NCBI GenBank assembly: GCA_965112155.1
Contig: OZ218109.1
Strand: one strand, 5' to 3'
Origin: Podarcis liolepis
Lineage: Eukaryota
DNA length: 64,000 bases
Shown: positions 12,989 to 25,990 of the stretch, one piece after another
Layout: every line of letters starts with the position of its first letter
Numbering within the stretch: the first letter of the stretch is position 1
Translations under genes and position numbers: made by a program
Notes under the pieces: model-generated
What the model was told of the DNA's origin: nothing
The model's database searches: none
What the model saw: only the letters and a program-made list of their open reading frames with translations

Positions 12989-14200
12989 GGTTTGTCTCAT
13001 ATATTTCAATTTACTCTACCATTATGCTTCAGGATACAGAATAGAATTCCCAGTTAAAATAAACCCATGGTAAGTAAGGTCTAGCAAACTACAAATACGC
13101 AAAATAGATTATTATTATTTTTTGAAAAAGGAAACAGATTGTACCTAGATTTACTTCAGGTTGGTTTGCTATATAGAAGCTCATTATATGATAATTAAGA
13201 GAGGAGAAACACTCAGAGGAAAGACATTGGTGTGTGTTCACATTACCCGCTTAAAACACAGTGAAGTTGCTTTTTTCATCATTACATTTCACAGCTCTTT
13301 CCCACCTATCTGTTCACACCAGCACAGCTTCCTTCATTTCTGCTTGTGTGTTTGCACCAGGGGCGCTGTTGGGGGAAGTGCGTCTTCGCCCTGTGCCAAG
13401 GGGTGCACAACTTGGCTAGAAATTAATTGGGAATGGCTCCAATTGTTGCGAAGCTGGTTTAAGAAACATCAAGCGCTAGTATTTTGTGTCAAAAGTTTAG
13501 GATACCTATATGGTTAGGATAATGCCATGTAAACAAGGATTAAAAACCCAGCACTGGAAACGCAGTAAACGAGAATGTGAACACACCCATTGTTGCAAAA
13601 CACATTTGTGGTAGAAACAACGACACACGGACTAACAGAATGCCTATTGATGTTGCCACCCACTTTCATCTCCTACGATATTGGTCCAGCAATCAATCAC
13701 CAGAGGCCACAGACACTCGTAATTGGATTATAAAATCAAACTTATCATTTTGTGTCTGCTTGCATAATTATTCTGGCGCTTTAATATTCTTTTAATGATC
13801 CCTAATGATGTAATACAAAATAATGGAATTTGTTTCACAGCTACATAACCATTAACAAAACAGATTAACCATAACTAGTACTTTCATAAAAGATCAAGAA
13901 GGCAGCCAGAACAACAAGCTGAAATGCCTGCAAGCTGAAATGCCAAACCCTTGTTTTCATCATCTTGTCTTTGCAATTCTGTACTCCGCATGTCGAATGC
14001 CACATGTGCTACAGAAACCGTTCGGATAACTTAAGTGTAATCACGGGTAGCATGCTATTGGCACTGCACCCGAGACTATATAGATTGCAACCTTAAACAT
14101 ACTTACTATAAGTAACAAGAGCAATCCGAATTCTGAATCCCTAGTGTAGGAGGAGGTTTGGATGCATCAGAGATGTCCCTTTAACCTGCCCTGCCTGATT

Positions 14201-14461
14201 CTCACTCCGAGAAGCAAAGCTACAGGGAACCAGGCAGAGGGCCTTCTTGGTAGTGGCGCCCGCCCTGTGGAACGCCCTCCCATCAGATGTCAAAGAGATA
14301 AACAACTACCTAACATTTAGAAGACATCTGTTCAGGGAAGTTTTTAATGTGTGACATTTTTATGTATTTTTAATCTTTGTTGGAAGCCACCCAGAGTGGC
14401 TGGGGAAACCCAGCCAGATCAGCGGGGTACAAATAATAAATTATTATTATTTATTATTATT
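14201..14461 (+). mobile_element. L2 LINE 3' fragment
   Basis: Reverse-complement match to the 46.6-46.85 kb part of the long L2 copy. (TTA)n tail. Confidence 0.87.
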
Positions 14462-14518
14462 CCACCAGTCTCCTCCGGCAGGGAAGCTCTGCCACTGAGA
14501 AGTATAGTAATGCACCTA

Positions 14519-14759
14519 CAGTGGTACCTCGGGTTAAGTACTTAATTCGTTCCGGAGGTCCGTTCTTAACCTGAAACTGTTCTTAACCTGAAGCACCACT
14601 TTAGCTATGGGGCCTCCTGCTGCCGCCGCGCCGCCAGAGCCCGATTTCTGTTCTCCTCCTGAAGCAAAGTTCTTAACCCGAGGTACTATTTCTGGTTTAG
14701 CAGAGTCTGTAACCTCAAGTGTATGTAACCTGAAGCATATGTAACCCGAGGTACCACTG
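14519..14759. mobile_element. Tc1/mariner (Tigger-like) MITE
   Basis: TIRs cagtggtacctcgggtta / taacccgaggtaccactg, TA TSD. Confidence 0.88.
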
Positions 14760-15993
14760 TACTCAAATGGTGGGCATGAGTTACCGCAGCAGAAACCCCC
14801 AAAACGGGGCCTTGGGGGGGGGAGGCAGAACTAGCTTAGAACGCAACAGACCCAGCACAGACCCTGTGCATACTGTTGAAAAATCCAAATGAAACAATCC
14901 CTCACTGCCTTGGGGTTACAAATCTGATTCCCACCATCGCTGCCTCGCTCTTGCAAAAGTAGTGCTGTTTGCAAACTATACACACACACACACACACACC
15001 ACTTTGCACACCCCGGAGGCTGTAATGGCAGCACATACATCAGCTTTATAAAACTGTATTTAATATGGAGGTCATGCACAAGGCTGTACAATTGTTTTCA
15101 TCAGCTGTAACAAAGAAGAGGAAAGAAAGAGGCCACTGTGGACAGATGCTGCTGGCAGAGATGGCGGCTGGCCTTTGTTTATTTATTGATCTATTTATTT
15201 ATTAAAACTTTTAAAAACATAACAATCTCCCTCCCCCCCCTCCAAGCTGTCTCTTAAACTCACCCCCCCTTCCCTCTTGTTCTCATGCAAAACTGAAAGA
15301 AACAGACTTCTTCCTTTTTGTCCCTTGCCTAGCTAGCCTCACCCACAATGGCTGAAGCCAAACCTGCAAGTGACCTGCTTCTTCTGGCATAGGCATAGCA
15401 TTTGTTCAGGGATGCAATTTTTATTTTCAACAGCTGTTCTTCTTATATATTTGCCCCATCACTCCCCCCAACCACTAAGTGTTTTGTTTTATTTTTAAAA
15501 AATACAGTACGTTCAATTTTTGTGCCTAATCTCCCCTCCCTCAAAAATAAATGCTATTTAGGAAAGCGAAACATCCCCTTCCGACCCAGTACTGCCTGCA
15601 ATACTGCTGGGTTTCTATAGAATGATCCATTTTTTTAAAAACTGGAAACTTTTGTTCTAGACACTGGAGTGGGGAATAAAGGCGCACTTGTGGACATTTT
15701 CTGCATGGCAGGCGCACAGAATGGGGAAAGGTAGCATGGCAGCGATTGAGAGGAGAGACAAAACTAACAAGTTTGTCCAGTGGCAGACTAGAAATGAAGA
15801 TCTATGAGGGATAAAACAGAAAATACAGAAGCTAGTGTGCCAATCCTGCACACAGAAAAATCTGCTTGGGCACAGCCTCAGTTCCAGTACTGACACTCTA
15901 TTGCACTTCTACACACACACAAACACAGATGACATGACTTCCAATGATGTGTGGGGAGGGAACATGCTTGAAGCATGTTCTTAGCTCCTACGG

Positions 15994-16130
15994 CAGTGAT
16001 GGCCAAACTTGGCCCTCCAGCTGATTTGGGACTGCAACTCCCATCATGCCTAGCTAACAGGACCAGTGGTCAGGGATGATGGGAATTGTAGTCCCAAAAC
16101 AGCTGGAGGGCCAAAGGTTGGGGATGCCCG
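15994..16130. mobile_element. Palindromic hAT MITE (same family as 11649, 44596, 51001)
   Basis: Same hairpin core. TSD not recognisable. Confidence 0.82.
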
Positions 16131-16654
16131 GTTTAGAGTGCAGGTGAATCACCTGTACTTGTCCATTTACTTGACATAAAAGAACCAAGAAATCTCAAAG
16201 CAGTTTACAACGCATTAAAATGTTGCATAAAAACAATCCAGAGTAAAATAAATTCATGCTACAAGGAAAATATTTCAGGTCCTTCTTCTAAGTGACATTT
16301 TGCTTCGCTTTATTTATTTATCTACTTAATTTATATTTAGCAGTCTCTCTACAATCAGAGCCATAGGGCTGGAAGAGGGTGGTCCTTGAGAGACAATTCA
16401 GGCTCAACTTTAAAATGAAAACTTTATTGTAATTCTCATGACTAATAGCTGTTGATAGACCTATCCTCTGTGAATTCGTCTTAACCTTTTTTTAAAAAAG
16501 ACAACCATAGATAATGGCAGTAAATTCTAAGGGTTAATTAGGCATTGTATGAGGAGGCACCCTGTTTTCTATAACCTGAGCCTACTGCCAACCAATTTAT
16601 TGGGTCTCCCCCCTCTATTACGAAAAGGGGAGTAAAGCATGTATCAGCAATGTA

Positions 16655-17009
16655 CAGTGGTGCCCCGCAAGACGAATGCCTCGCAAGACGGAAAACTCGC
16701 TAGACGAAAGAGTTTTCCGTTTTGGAGGTGCTTCGCAAAACGAATTTCCTATGGGCTTGCTTCGCAAGACAACAATGTCTTGCGAGTTTCTGCTGGTTTT
16801 TTCCCCTCCTCCGCCCTTTTTCTAAGCCGCTAAGCCGCTTATCAGCTGATCCGATCAGCAGATAAGCCGCGATAAGCCGCTAAAAGTCGCTAAAAGCGCT
16901 AATAGCGCTAATCCGCTAATCCTTCAATGGGCTTGCTTCGCAAGACGAAAAAACCGCTAGACGAAGAGAATCACAGAACGGATTCTTTTCGTCTTGCGAG
17001 GCACCACTG
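16655..17009. mobile_element. Tc1/mariner (Tigger-like) MITE, cgcaagacg-repeat family
   Basis: TIRs cagtggtgccccgcaagacgaa / ttcgtcttgcgaggcaccactg, TA TSD, internal (aagccgct)-like repeats. Confidence 0.88.
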
Positions 17010-17124
17010 TACCTTAAAACAATTCAGAACCATTGCATTATTGTGGCAGAGGATGGGCGTTAGTGTTGAAGCAATCTAGGAATTAAGATGAGATTAATAG
17101 AAGGGCTGGACTTTGTGCACATAC

Positions 17125-17211
17125 TTGATATCAGCAAAGGCCGTCATCTGCAGCTTCAGCTGGGCAGCAACTTGCTTTATTAACTCCAGACCCTTTTCCT
17201 CGCTCAGAGGG
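17125..17211 (-). CDS. PTPRN2: PTPRN2 coding exon (exon 10 equivalent): (D)PLSEEKGLELIKQVAAQLKLQMTAFADI(N)
   Basis: Not in the ORF track; read by hand. Acceptor tttcaacag, donor gtatgt. 87 nt, phase 2-2. Similar to human [29 protein letters not shown] and joins both neighbouring exons in frame. Confidence 0.93.
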
Positions 17212-17753
17212 CTGTTGAAAGAAAGCAAGAATACACAGCATTACGAAAAATGAAACTCATCAATACTTGAGAGGCTAAAAGCCCCAAAAGAGTTATCACC
17301 TTGGAACGGTTAGGTGGTTCGAAGCCGACGCTTAACTGTATTCCTGTCACATAGCAATTGCGATATCGAGGGAAATGGGATCAGGTGCTTCCTCAGGCAT
17401 GATGAATCACCTGAATTTTCCAGCAATAAGACAAACAATAAGGTGTAAATGGAATTGTTAGGAAGTGTAATGGGCCCAATGATGCAGCGACCAGTTCATC
17501 TTGGTCCTCAATGGAAAGGGGGAAAAAGTGGGAGGGAGGAAGAGAGCCAGATGAGGTTGGAAACAAACAAATGAATGTCAAATTACAGGACTCTATGAAG
17601 TGGTCACGGGAAGACATTTCTTCTTCAATTCATTTGCTTCTGAAATGAATTCGTGCCCAGCAAAAGGAGGAACAAACATTATAATATTCAAGAACAAACA
17701 ATAGTGCTAACTACACTGTCCTGAAGAGTGGCTGAGGGTATGGAAGTTAATTT

Positions 17754-17798
<45 letters not shown>

Positions 17799-17869
17799 GT
17801 GCTCAAAAAACGTGTCTTTGAGCCTTCTAGTCTTCCTCAATATCATGCTTTTTAATTATATTTTTAATT

Positions 17870-18078
17870 GGAAACCAGGAAGAGGACCTTCTCGGCAGTG
17901 GCACCCTCCCTGTGGAACACCCTGCCATCAGATGTCAAGGAGATAAAGAACTGCGCAACTTTTAGAAGACATCTGAAGGCAGCCCTGTATCGGGAAGTTT
18001 TTAATGTTGGACGTTTTATTATGTTTTTATACATACTGTAAGCTGCCCAGGTGCACAAGGTATTATTATTATTATTAT
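17870..18078 (+). mobile_element. L2 LINE 3' fragment
   Basis: ccctgtggaacaccctgccatcagatgtcaagg...agacatctgaaggcagccctg followed by (TTA)n. Confidence 0.82.
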
Positions 18079-18145
18079 TGATAGAAATACTTTGCTACCA
18101 TCATTTGAGAAACAGATTTAGCTGCAAATCAAGATTATAAAGTTA

Positions 18146-18413
18146 CAGTGGTACCTCGCAAGACGAATGCCTCGCAAGACGAAAAACGCGCAAGACGAAA
18201 GTGTTTTCCGTTTTTTGAGTCGTTCCGCAAGACGAATTTCCCTATGGGCTTGCTTCGCAAGACGTTTCGTCTTGCGAGTTTGTTTCCTTTTTCTTAAAGC
18301 CGCTAAGCCGTTAATAGCCGCTAAGCCGCTAATAGCCGTGCTTCGCAAGACAAAAAACCACAAGACGAAGAGACTCGCGGAACGGATTAGTTTCGTCTTG
18401 CAAGGCACCACTG
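18146..18413. mobile_element. Tc1/mariner MITE, same family as 16655-17009
   Basis: TIRs cagtggtacctcgcaagacgaa / ttcgtcttgcaaggcaccactg, TA TSD. Confidence 0.88.
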
Positions 18414-20579
18414 TACAGGTTTGGTCAGTATCAGCACAGATATCTTCAGTGAATGCTGTTAGTTACTGAGGTTGCTGGGAGACACCAGTTTAGCTTCCAG
18501 CAAGTGGCAACATATACCAGAAAATAATGACACTCATAAATTTTGTTTGGGATTGTCAATATTCAATCTGACCCCCACACATTATTTACCTCCATCTATT
18601 TATTTACGCAACACACACACGTACTTTCAAATGCAGGGCTGGCTGTATTAGTAAATAATCAGTTTTATTTTATTTTTAAAAACCCTGATTGATATCCATC
18701 AATCACTACCCTCCATAATCTTACATTCAGACATCACCTGCAATCATTCTCTTCAACACAGAAGTGTAAGTCCAGAAAACTACTTTGTATGACTCCTTCA
18801 GTTGCAATATTATTGCACTTCCCAAAATTAACATAAAGCAGTCCTTAGGAAATTTATACTTTATAACTTTATCTCATGTATGGCATCAGACGTCAGAGAA
18901 CACGACTTAAAAATTCAGTGTAGTGGTATTAAGAGTTATATCTGAATTTCATAATAGATTGAAATAGAATACCACAAAGAAAACAAACAGCACTCGTAGA
19001 TATCACTCAAGTAAATAACCCATTGGGAGAGCTGGGGTCAAAATAAAACACACAAACATCCCAACACACTAGCCCATCCAGGTTCTTATTTTTAATTACT
19101 GCAATACAAAAAATTTCCCACATCACCACCAACCTATTATTAGAAAACAACATAGATTTTAAATCAGTAGTGTGATGTACAAGTTGCATATTATGCTGAA
19201 GAGCACTGCTCTTCACATTTTGTTTAAAGTACCTTTGAATAAACGTGTGCAGTACTCTGAGGGAATATAATATAATAGCTTCTTTGGACCCCAGCTAGGA
19301 AAGTAATATTTCTTAAATTCTTCCAAACCTCATGCATCTGCTCCCCAAAAATAATTCAAGGGACACTGTACCATAGGTGGCACTCCCTCTAGGCTAGTAT
19401 TTAAATATAGGGTTTTTCCAGACGTGTAATACAATGATGTTTCCGTTTTTTTGTTTTTGAAAAGGGTTATTTGAGTATTTCCACAGGGAGGGCAAATGCT
19501 GTACCTAGGTTATTCATTAAAAAGTCACCCTTGAATTTCAAGACTAGGTACTGGGGTAGAACTCTTGATTCTTCACAAGTCGCAATGAAAGCAGGGCTGT
19601 CACAGGAACTCGGGGGCTTGTGTGTTAATTAGATCCTTCACTCCCGAGGACAGTGGTTCAAATGTGTGTGAGACAAGAGGTGTCAGAAAGTGGAGTGGGC
19701 TTCTTTCTCTGCCTCTCTCTCTTTTTAACACTGTAATATTATTTTTGCCCAGAGGTGCAAGAAAAGTCATACAATACGTTGCTGGCATTTCCTTCCTATC
19801 ATTTGTACGCATAAAACTGTAATATCTCTGCAGGCTACAAAATCAAAACTGAATGTCAAAGCGAGTTGCAAAAGCAACCGTACCAAGGCTGATCAGAGCA
19901 TTTCGGTGCTAATATCCAGCAGCGTTACAAACACCCTCAGGAAGGCGAGAGGCAGAAATGAACACAATATTGTCATTACACTAGCCTTAATTACTTTTCT
20001 GGAGCACAGGTAAGCCCAAATTAAACAACCACACACCAATATACACACACACACTCTCCCTCTCATTGCAAAAACCCACACAAGAGAAAGAACTATCGCA
20101 GTCTTTCAGTGATGGGCAGAAAACCTCAGAAACAATTCTGTTGCGTTTAGTAACGAAACAGAAATAAAATCCTCATTATGTGTTTTTATTGTGGCTGTGT
20201 CTAGGGGGTCCTGTTGGGGGCTCTTGCTATTGGTGTTACTGCCCCAACTGTTTACAATGCTTTAAACGTTTTTAAACGGCTTTTAATCTATGGGTTTTTA
20301 AATTTGGGTGTTTTTTTTCTTTTTCTTTTAAGGTGTAGAATGTGCCTTGGAAGAGAGGGAGAGCAACAGGGGAGAGCAAGGGTAGGCTAGCAAAGTGGTT
20401 CAGAGTAGGGAAAAGTATGGCGTAGCGGGTGGGCACGTTGGGTAAGGGGCACAAGGCAAGAAGGAAGGTGAGGACAGGTGACCTCACCTAGGCCCGAAGT
20501 CACACCCCCCCCCCAAGCAGGCTCAAAGCTCTTCAAAATCATTTTCTCAGCAGCTAAGCATCAGAAACATTCCGCTTGC

Positions 20580-21046
20580 TGTAACTAAAAAGATTGCAAC
20601 AAGGTAGAGAACAGAGCCCATTGTCTTCTCAGGCCTTTCTCAGAACCACATTGCAACTTGCTTTCTCTCCGGGAACCATGCCAAAGCACAAGAATGAAAC
20701 AACGGGAACACTCTGGAAACCCCCTCACCCCCTTTCCTGCCAAGAGTCCACAATAGTCCCAAGACAGCTTTCTGTACATGCTCAGGAACCTCAACATGGG
20801 GCAGGACTCCTGAGGGAGGAGAAAGGAGGAGGGAACTGGAAAGGGGTATATATGCTTGTGCACATGACTGTGAACTTCGTGCGTGCTTTTTGTGACTTAT
20901 CACACTTGCTCCTTCTACCAGTTCATGGATGGTAGAAATAAAAAGCCTTTTCTCCGAAACTATTCCTTGAGTGTCTGTTGACTCCCACTTCCCTTTCCCA
21001 GGCACAATATTTTTCCCACCCGAGGGCAAAGCCTCATAAGACTACA
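20580..21046 (+). mobile_element. Possible solo LTR (boundaries uncertain)
   Basis: TG start, TATA-like box at 20847, AATAAA at 20937, ends ctaca. No TSD found. Confidence 0.35.
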
Positions 21047-21429
21047 GGCACAGGCAGTTGGTGACTGTGCCATGTGCCTGACGCACAGCGTAAATTAATA
21101 ATGCAGAGTTTTAAAGAATTAAAGCTTTACTGAGTTAAAATAAACTTCTTCATAAACAACATGGTTCCAAACAGTTTGACTGAGATTACATACTGACTCT
21201 GTTCACAGCTGAGGCAGACATACTCTCATGAAATCTTACAGAGAGCACATAAAAAAACCTGGCTGGCTAAGTCACATGTCAGAGTGACTCAACACTTAGC
21301 AGTTAGGCCTGAATAACTTTAGTAGGCCCAAATGACTGTGCAGGCCCAGCACTTCCCAGCCTGCTTTGCTGCTTCTGCTCTCATGTGTCTTTGTCACATG
21401 ACAGTGCCTACCTGTGCTCCAACCTGGCG

Positions 21430-22130
21430 AATTTTGGGTCAGCCAGTCCTCGGGTCTGCAGCTGTTGTTGTCAAATGCCAAGTCAGCTCATAGTAAGACC
21501 TTCCTCACCCATGTTCTGATTGTGGATGAGGAGACCGATCTGGTCTGTATCACCGAGACCTGGGTGGATGAGCAGAGTGGGTTGGTCTCAACCAGCTATG
21601 CCAACCTGGGTACTCGGTGCAGCATCAGGGCAGACTTAAGGGTAGGGATGTGGAGTTGCTGATATGTATAGAGACTTGACATCTTTCCGCAGGGCCTGCA
21701 AGACAGAGCTGTTCCACCAGGCCTTTGGCCAGGGCACAGCCTGACTCCCTCCCTCGGCAATCTTCGCGGAGCTCTGGCCCAATGGTTGCCAGTGGCCTGA
21801 ATTAATTAATTTTATAATGAATGATTTTAGAGTGTTGTTTATGCTACACTTTTATACTGTTTTATTGTTGTTAGTCGCCCTGAGCCAGGCTTTGGCTGGG
21901 GAGGGCGGGATATAAATAAAATTTATTATTATTATTATTATTCTCTCTCTCTCCAGGCTCTCTGTCCAGAGTGTTCCTGGCATTGGGCAATTGGGACAAC
22001 TTACAGATTCTCTTGGTTTACCGCCCGCCTTGCTGCCCAGTAGTCTTCCTGCCTGAGCTGACAGAGTTGGTCTCAAGAGTCGGCGTTGAGGACTCCCAGG
22101 CTGCTGGTTTGGGGAGACGTCAGCATCCAT
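21430..22130 (+). mobile_element. Decayed LINE (L2/CR1 group) APE endonuclease fragment with a nested L2 3' end (about 21672-21940)
   Basis: Translates to LLLSNAKS..K...DLVCITETW and LLVYRPP..FLPEL, both APE endonuclease motifs. The insert encodes SFRRACKTELFHQAF and ends in (TTA)n. Confidence 0.78.
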
Positions 22131-22541
22131 GTGTATGTGAGCAATTCAAACTGATCTTGGAAATTTCCATCTGTACTTTTACAGCTGCACTGAAATACTA
22201 TCAAACTCAGCAACAACAGCATACGAGTCATATGCATCTGCTCTTTCATTCACACACAAAAGATTTAATGAAACAACTTATCAGGCAACCATGCGTTTCC
22301 TCCACACTCCAAAACCTCAGAGTCTGGGTGAGCAGACATTATATTTTTATTCTCAGACCTTATATTTTCAAAATGTAAGAGCTGTCTTCTACCAATCCAT
22401 TACCCTGGAATTCATCAGCCATTGTGCTTCTTAATCCGTCAATGTATTTAAATCCACGTGGAATTTTAAATCCTCCACATACCCTTGGGGTAACTCGCTG
22501 GGCACTTATTCATGCTCTGAGAAGTAGCCTTTCATACATGA

Positions 22542-22543
<2 letters not shown>

Positions 22544-22583
<40 letters not shown>
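22544..22583. repeat. (CT)n microsatellite
   Basis: About 20 CT units. Confidence 0.95.
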
Positions 22584-22587
<4 letters not shown>

Positions 22588-22965
22588 CATTAAGAACCAG
22601 TCTGTAAGTCATAACAAAACTTTGCCCTTTGTGGAAATTTACTTTCCCCAAAACAAAAACAAAAACATGTTTTGCCAAGAAGTGAACTTACAACTTGGAG
22701 AGAACAGACTTAGTGGGATTTCCCTAGGTGCAATCTGCAGACTTGTTTTACTCAATATTTGCTTTTGCGAGATCTCTCTTCAAGCGAATGCCACTGTACA
22801 AGCCATTGTTGAGAGCTAATTTGGAATGTTTTCTACTTTGGGCCATACTTGCTTTGCAAAGGAAGAATGAAGCGTAAAGTTGAGCAGCCAACCACAGTGA
22901 GACTTCCCTTCCCCACCTGCATTGTGTTACTCTTTCTGGTATATGTCACACACAAATTGGGTTGG

Positions 22966-23038
22966 ACCCAATGCCCGGGATTTGAACCTGAAACCTTTTG
23001 CATGCAAAACACAATTACTAGCACTGAATGACAGCCCC
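22966..23038 (-). mobile_element. Old tRNA-derived SINE head (tRNA-Ala-like)
   Basis: Reverse complement ggggctgtcattcagtg...ttgcatgcaaaaggtttcaggttcaaatcccgg has a B box; degenerate. Confidence 0.5.
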
Positions 23039-23800
23039 ATATCTCCCTATATACAAATGGATACCTTTTGCCTGTATAGAATACAGCCTTGCGACTTGAA
23101 CTCTAATTCGTGAATCATTTAAAATTAAAATGTAGACGAGTTATTGCATGCAGCAACCCACGTGTAAACAGGATTTGTGCTTCGTAGCCATGTTGTGGCA
23201 GGAATGGATCCTGCAGAGTTACCTGAGAGCTCAAACAAGCCTGTGGTAATGATTATTAAGAACACTGCAATTTAACTTCAGCTGGCTCCAATCCATTTCC
23301 CCCAGCCTTGTTTCCTCTAAGGCTTTATTAGCTACTGAACATTCATAAGCTTACTTCTGTTTTGACAAGACAGCAAATCTCTGCTTGCCACATTTTGCGC
23401 ACCTACCTTCCTTCTCTTCCTTCCCCACCGCAAATAGGTGTGAAATTTAAACCTTTTAACTCAAGACAGATTCAAGTCCAGACCAATTTATAAAGCAGAT
23501 GACACTTTGCAAAAATCAATTTTGGTGGTCAGACTATGAAGGTCAATGGAAATTACATATCATGAGAAAGGTAACAGGAACGTAGGAGTGAAGAAGGGAT
23601 CCGTTCGCAGGGGCTATTATGGAAATGTGACACCAAATAAGGCTTTAGTAGGGGGGTGGGTCTCATTTCAAATACTTACTGGCTCCACCCACAACAGAGG
23701 CAATAAGAGAGTGCTTCCTTATCAGAATTTGCCTTTGCCTGTGATTTATACGACACTTCCGTAGTGTTTCCATACTAAATGGAAAATATTCATACATTTA

Positions 23801-24271
23801 GTTATTGTTTAGTCGTTTAGTCGTGTCGGACTCTTCGTGACCCCATGGACCAGAGCACACCAGGCACTCCTGTCTTCCACTGCCTCCCGCAGTTTGGTCA
23901 AACTCATGCTGGTAGCTTCGAGAACACTGTCCCACCATCTCCTCCTCTGTCGTCCCCTTCTCCTTGTGCCCTCAATCTTTCCCAACATCAGGGTCTTTTC
24001 CAGGGAGTCTTCTCTTCTCTTCTCATGAGGTGGCCAAAGTACTGGAGCCTCAGCTTTATGATCTGTCCTTCCAGTGAGCACTCACGGATGATTTCCCTAA
24101 GAATGGATAGGTTTGATCTTCTTGCAGTCCACAGGACTCTCAAGAGTCTCCTCCAGCACCATAATTCAAAAGCATCAATTCTTTGGCAATCAGCCTTCTT
24201 TATGGTCCAGCTCTCACTTCCATACATCACTACTGGGAAAACCATAGCTTTAACTATACGGACCTTCGTTG
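23801..24271 (-). mobile_element. BovB LINE 3' fragment
   Basis: ORFs 23809..24081 and 23988..24332 give BovB C-terminal peptide, with a frameshift at a tcttc duplication. Confidence 0.93.
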
Positions 24272-25451
24272 ACCATCCACAATCGAGCAGGGCGGGGGGT
24301 GGCCAAAAAAATAAAAGACTTCCTGGGACCATTTGCTTCCTTTAACTTAATCTGGAGTCACCAGGCACAATGGGAAGAGGATCAGAGGCAAAAGTAAAAT
24401 AAGGCTGTAGAGAGTTGTGTGCTTTGGAGCAACAAAAGCATGAATAGCACTGTAAGGAAGCAGGACCATCTGCAATCTCTTAAATGCCTACGGATGCAAC
24501 AGATGGTGAAAGCATATAGACCTGGTGAGTGTAAATGTTATTAATTTTTAAACCTCTTTAATAGCGAAGTTGTTTTATGATGGTTTTATAACCTCTACTT
24601 TGGAAGGGTGGGGGTATGAACTAGATAAATACAGAAAAACTAGGGAAATTTTAATCAGTTATTTTCGGGGTTTGGAAGGTTCACTACGGATTTGGAACCT
24701 GTAAGTCTATAACTTCCAATTTCCCCCAAAGCTTTGCAAAGATTCTGCAAAGTGTTGAGGTTGAAGCGAATCCCATCCTTTCCCCAGAAATTCAGAAATA
24801 TATGAGCTCTTCCTACTACATGCTACAGATGGTTATATAAGGTTTCGTTGCTGCTTCTTTGGCTCTGTAATAAGTGTGGATTTGTGGGGGGTGGGTGGGT
24901 TAAGTGGCTTTATTTTCCCACTATTAAAACACAGCCAGGATTTATTTAGCCAGAAAATATCATAGCTCTAAGTAGACATCTCTGCCGATTCCTAGAAAAC
25001 AAGAGATGTGAATTCAAAGGTTTCGTAGAATCAATGTGTGACCTTCAACCTTCTTTACTTCTGCGGCCTCCTGATCATGTGCTTCTCCCCTCCGTATCAA
25101 TTTTCTCTTTCCTTCTTCACCCCAGTCTTCACCCTTTCCCTCACTGACCTGTATCACCTTCCTCCAGTCTTTCTCTTTGCCCTTCCTTGATCCATTTCCT
25201 TTATTGAGCTTTTGCCTTCTCCTTTCATATACCCCTGCCTTTCCTACCCCTATTTTCCAAGGCCTTTCTGCCAATAATGCCCCTAGAATAAGTACAGATA
25301 TGTGCAGTACGAGTGGAATTTAGCCTGCCCACCCCAAGTTATTAATATACATTGCTGACTGAGAGGATACCTTTGGAACTAACAATGAATTGCCATGGTT
25401 GAATTTTAATATTTCAGTTTGTTGTGTTGTTACCACTCTTTCTTAACTCCT

Positions 25452-25990
25452 TGTCAAGGCTGGAGTCAAACATGGGTCAGCAAGCAAGAAGCAGAGTTTG
25501 TCAGAGAAGTTATTCAAAGAAACAGCATACTGCTCAGCAACACTTCCCAGCAAGTCTTGCCCCTATAGAGCAGTTGCCAGGACTGACGATCTCCGCCTCC
25601 AGCTCCCTCTAAGGCTCCTCCTTTCTCAGATGTTTCCTAAGCAGTCTCAAACTGTGTCTGGACAGCTCTAATATCTGTTCTGCTCGATGCATCACTCTGC
25701 TTGTCCTTGGAGAGAATCAAGGAGAGGCAGGCTCCCTGTATTATTCTGAAGGCTCTTGTCCCCACTCCTCTGCTTCATCCTCTGAGTCTGAAATGCTCCC
25801 TGTCACAGGCTCTCCCTGTTGCCCCTTCAGCATCCAACAATTTTCCCTACACTTCTCCCTCTGACCTCTCCTTGGTGTTCCACCACCAATCCCAGGGCTC
25901 TGAGCCTTCCTCCTCTGGGGTTTCCCTTGAGGGTTGCCTGGCTGCTGCCTCCAACCACTCCTCATCCATCCAGCCAGCCAGTCCCTGACA
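25452..25990 (-). mobile_element. Solo LTR, related to 36564-37080
   Basis: TGTCA...TGACA termini. Reverse complement shares gaggaaggctcagagcc..ggattggtggtgg with the 36.6 kb copy. TSD not clear. Confidence 0.72.

Noticed and set aside
18118-18469. Basic ORFs on both strands
   Set aside because: They lie within a repetitive, palindromic MITE and have no transposase motifs.
21061-21403. Possible additional solo LTR (tgccatgtg...cacatgaca)
   Set aside because: Only short terminal complementarity, no TSD and no second copy in the window.
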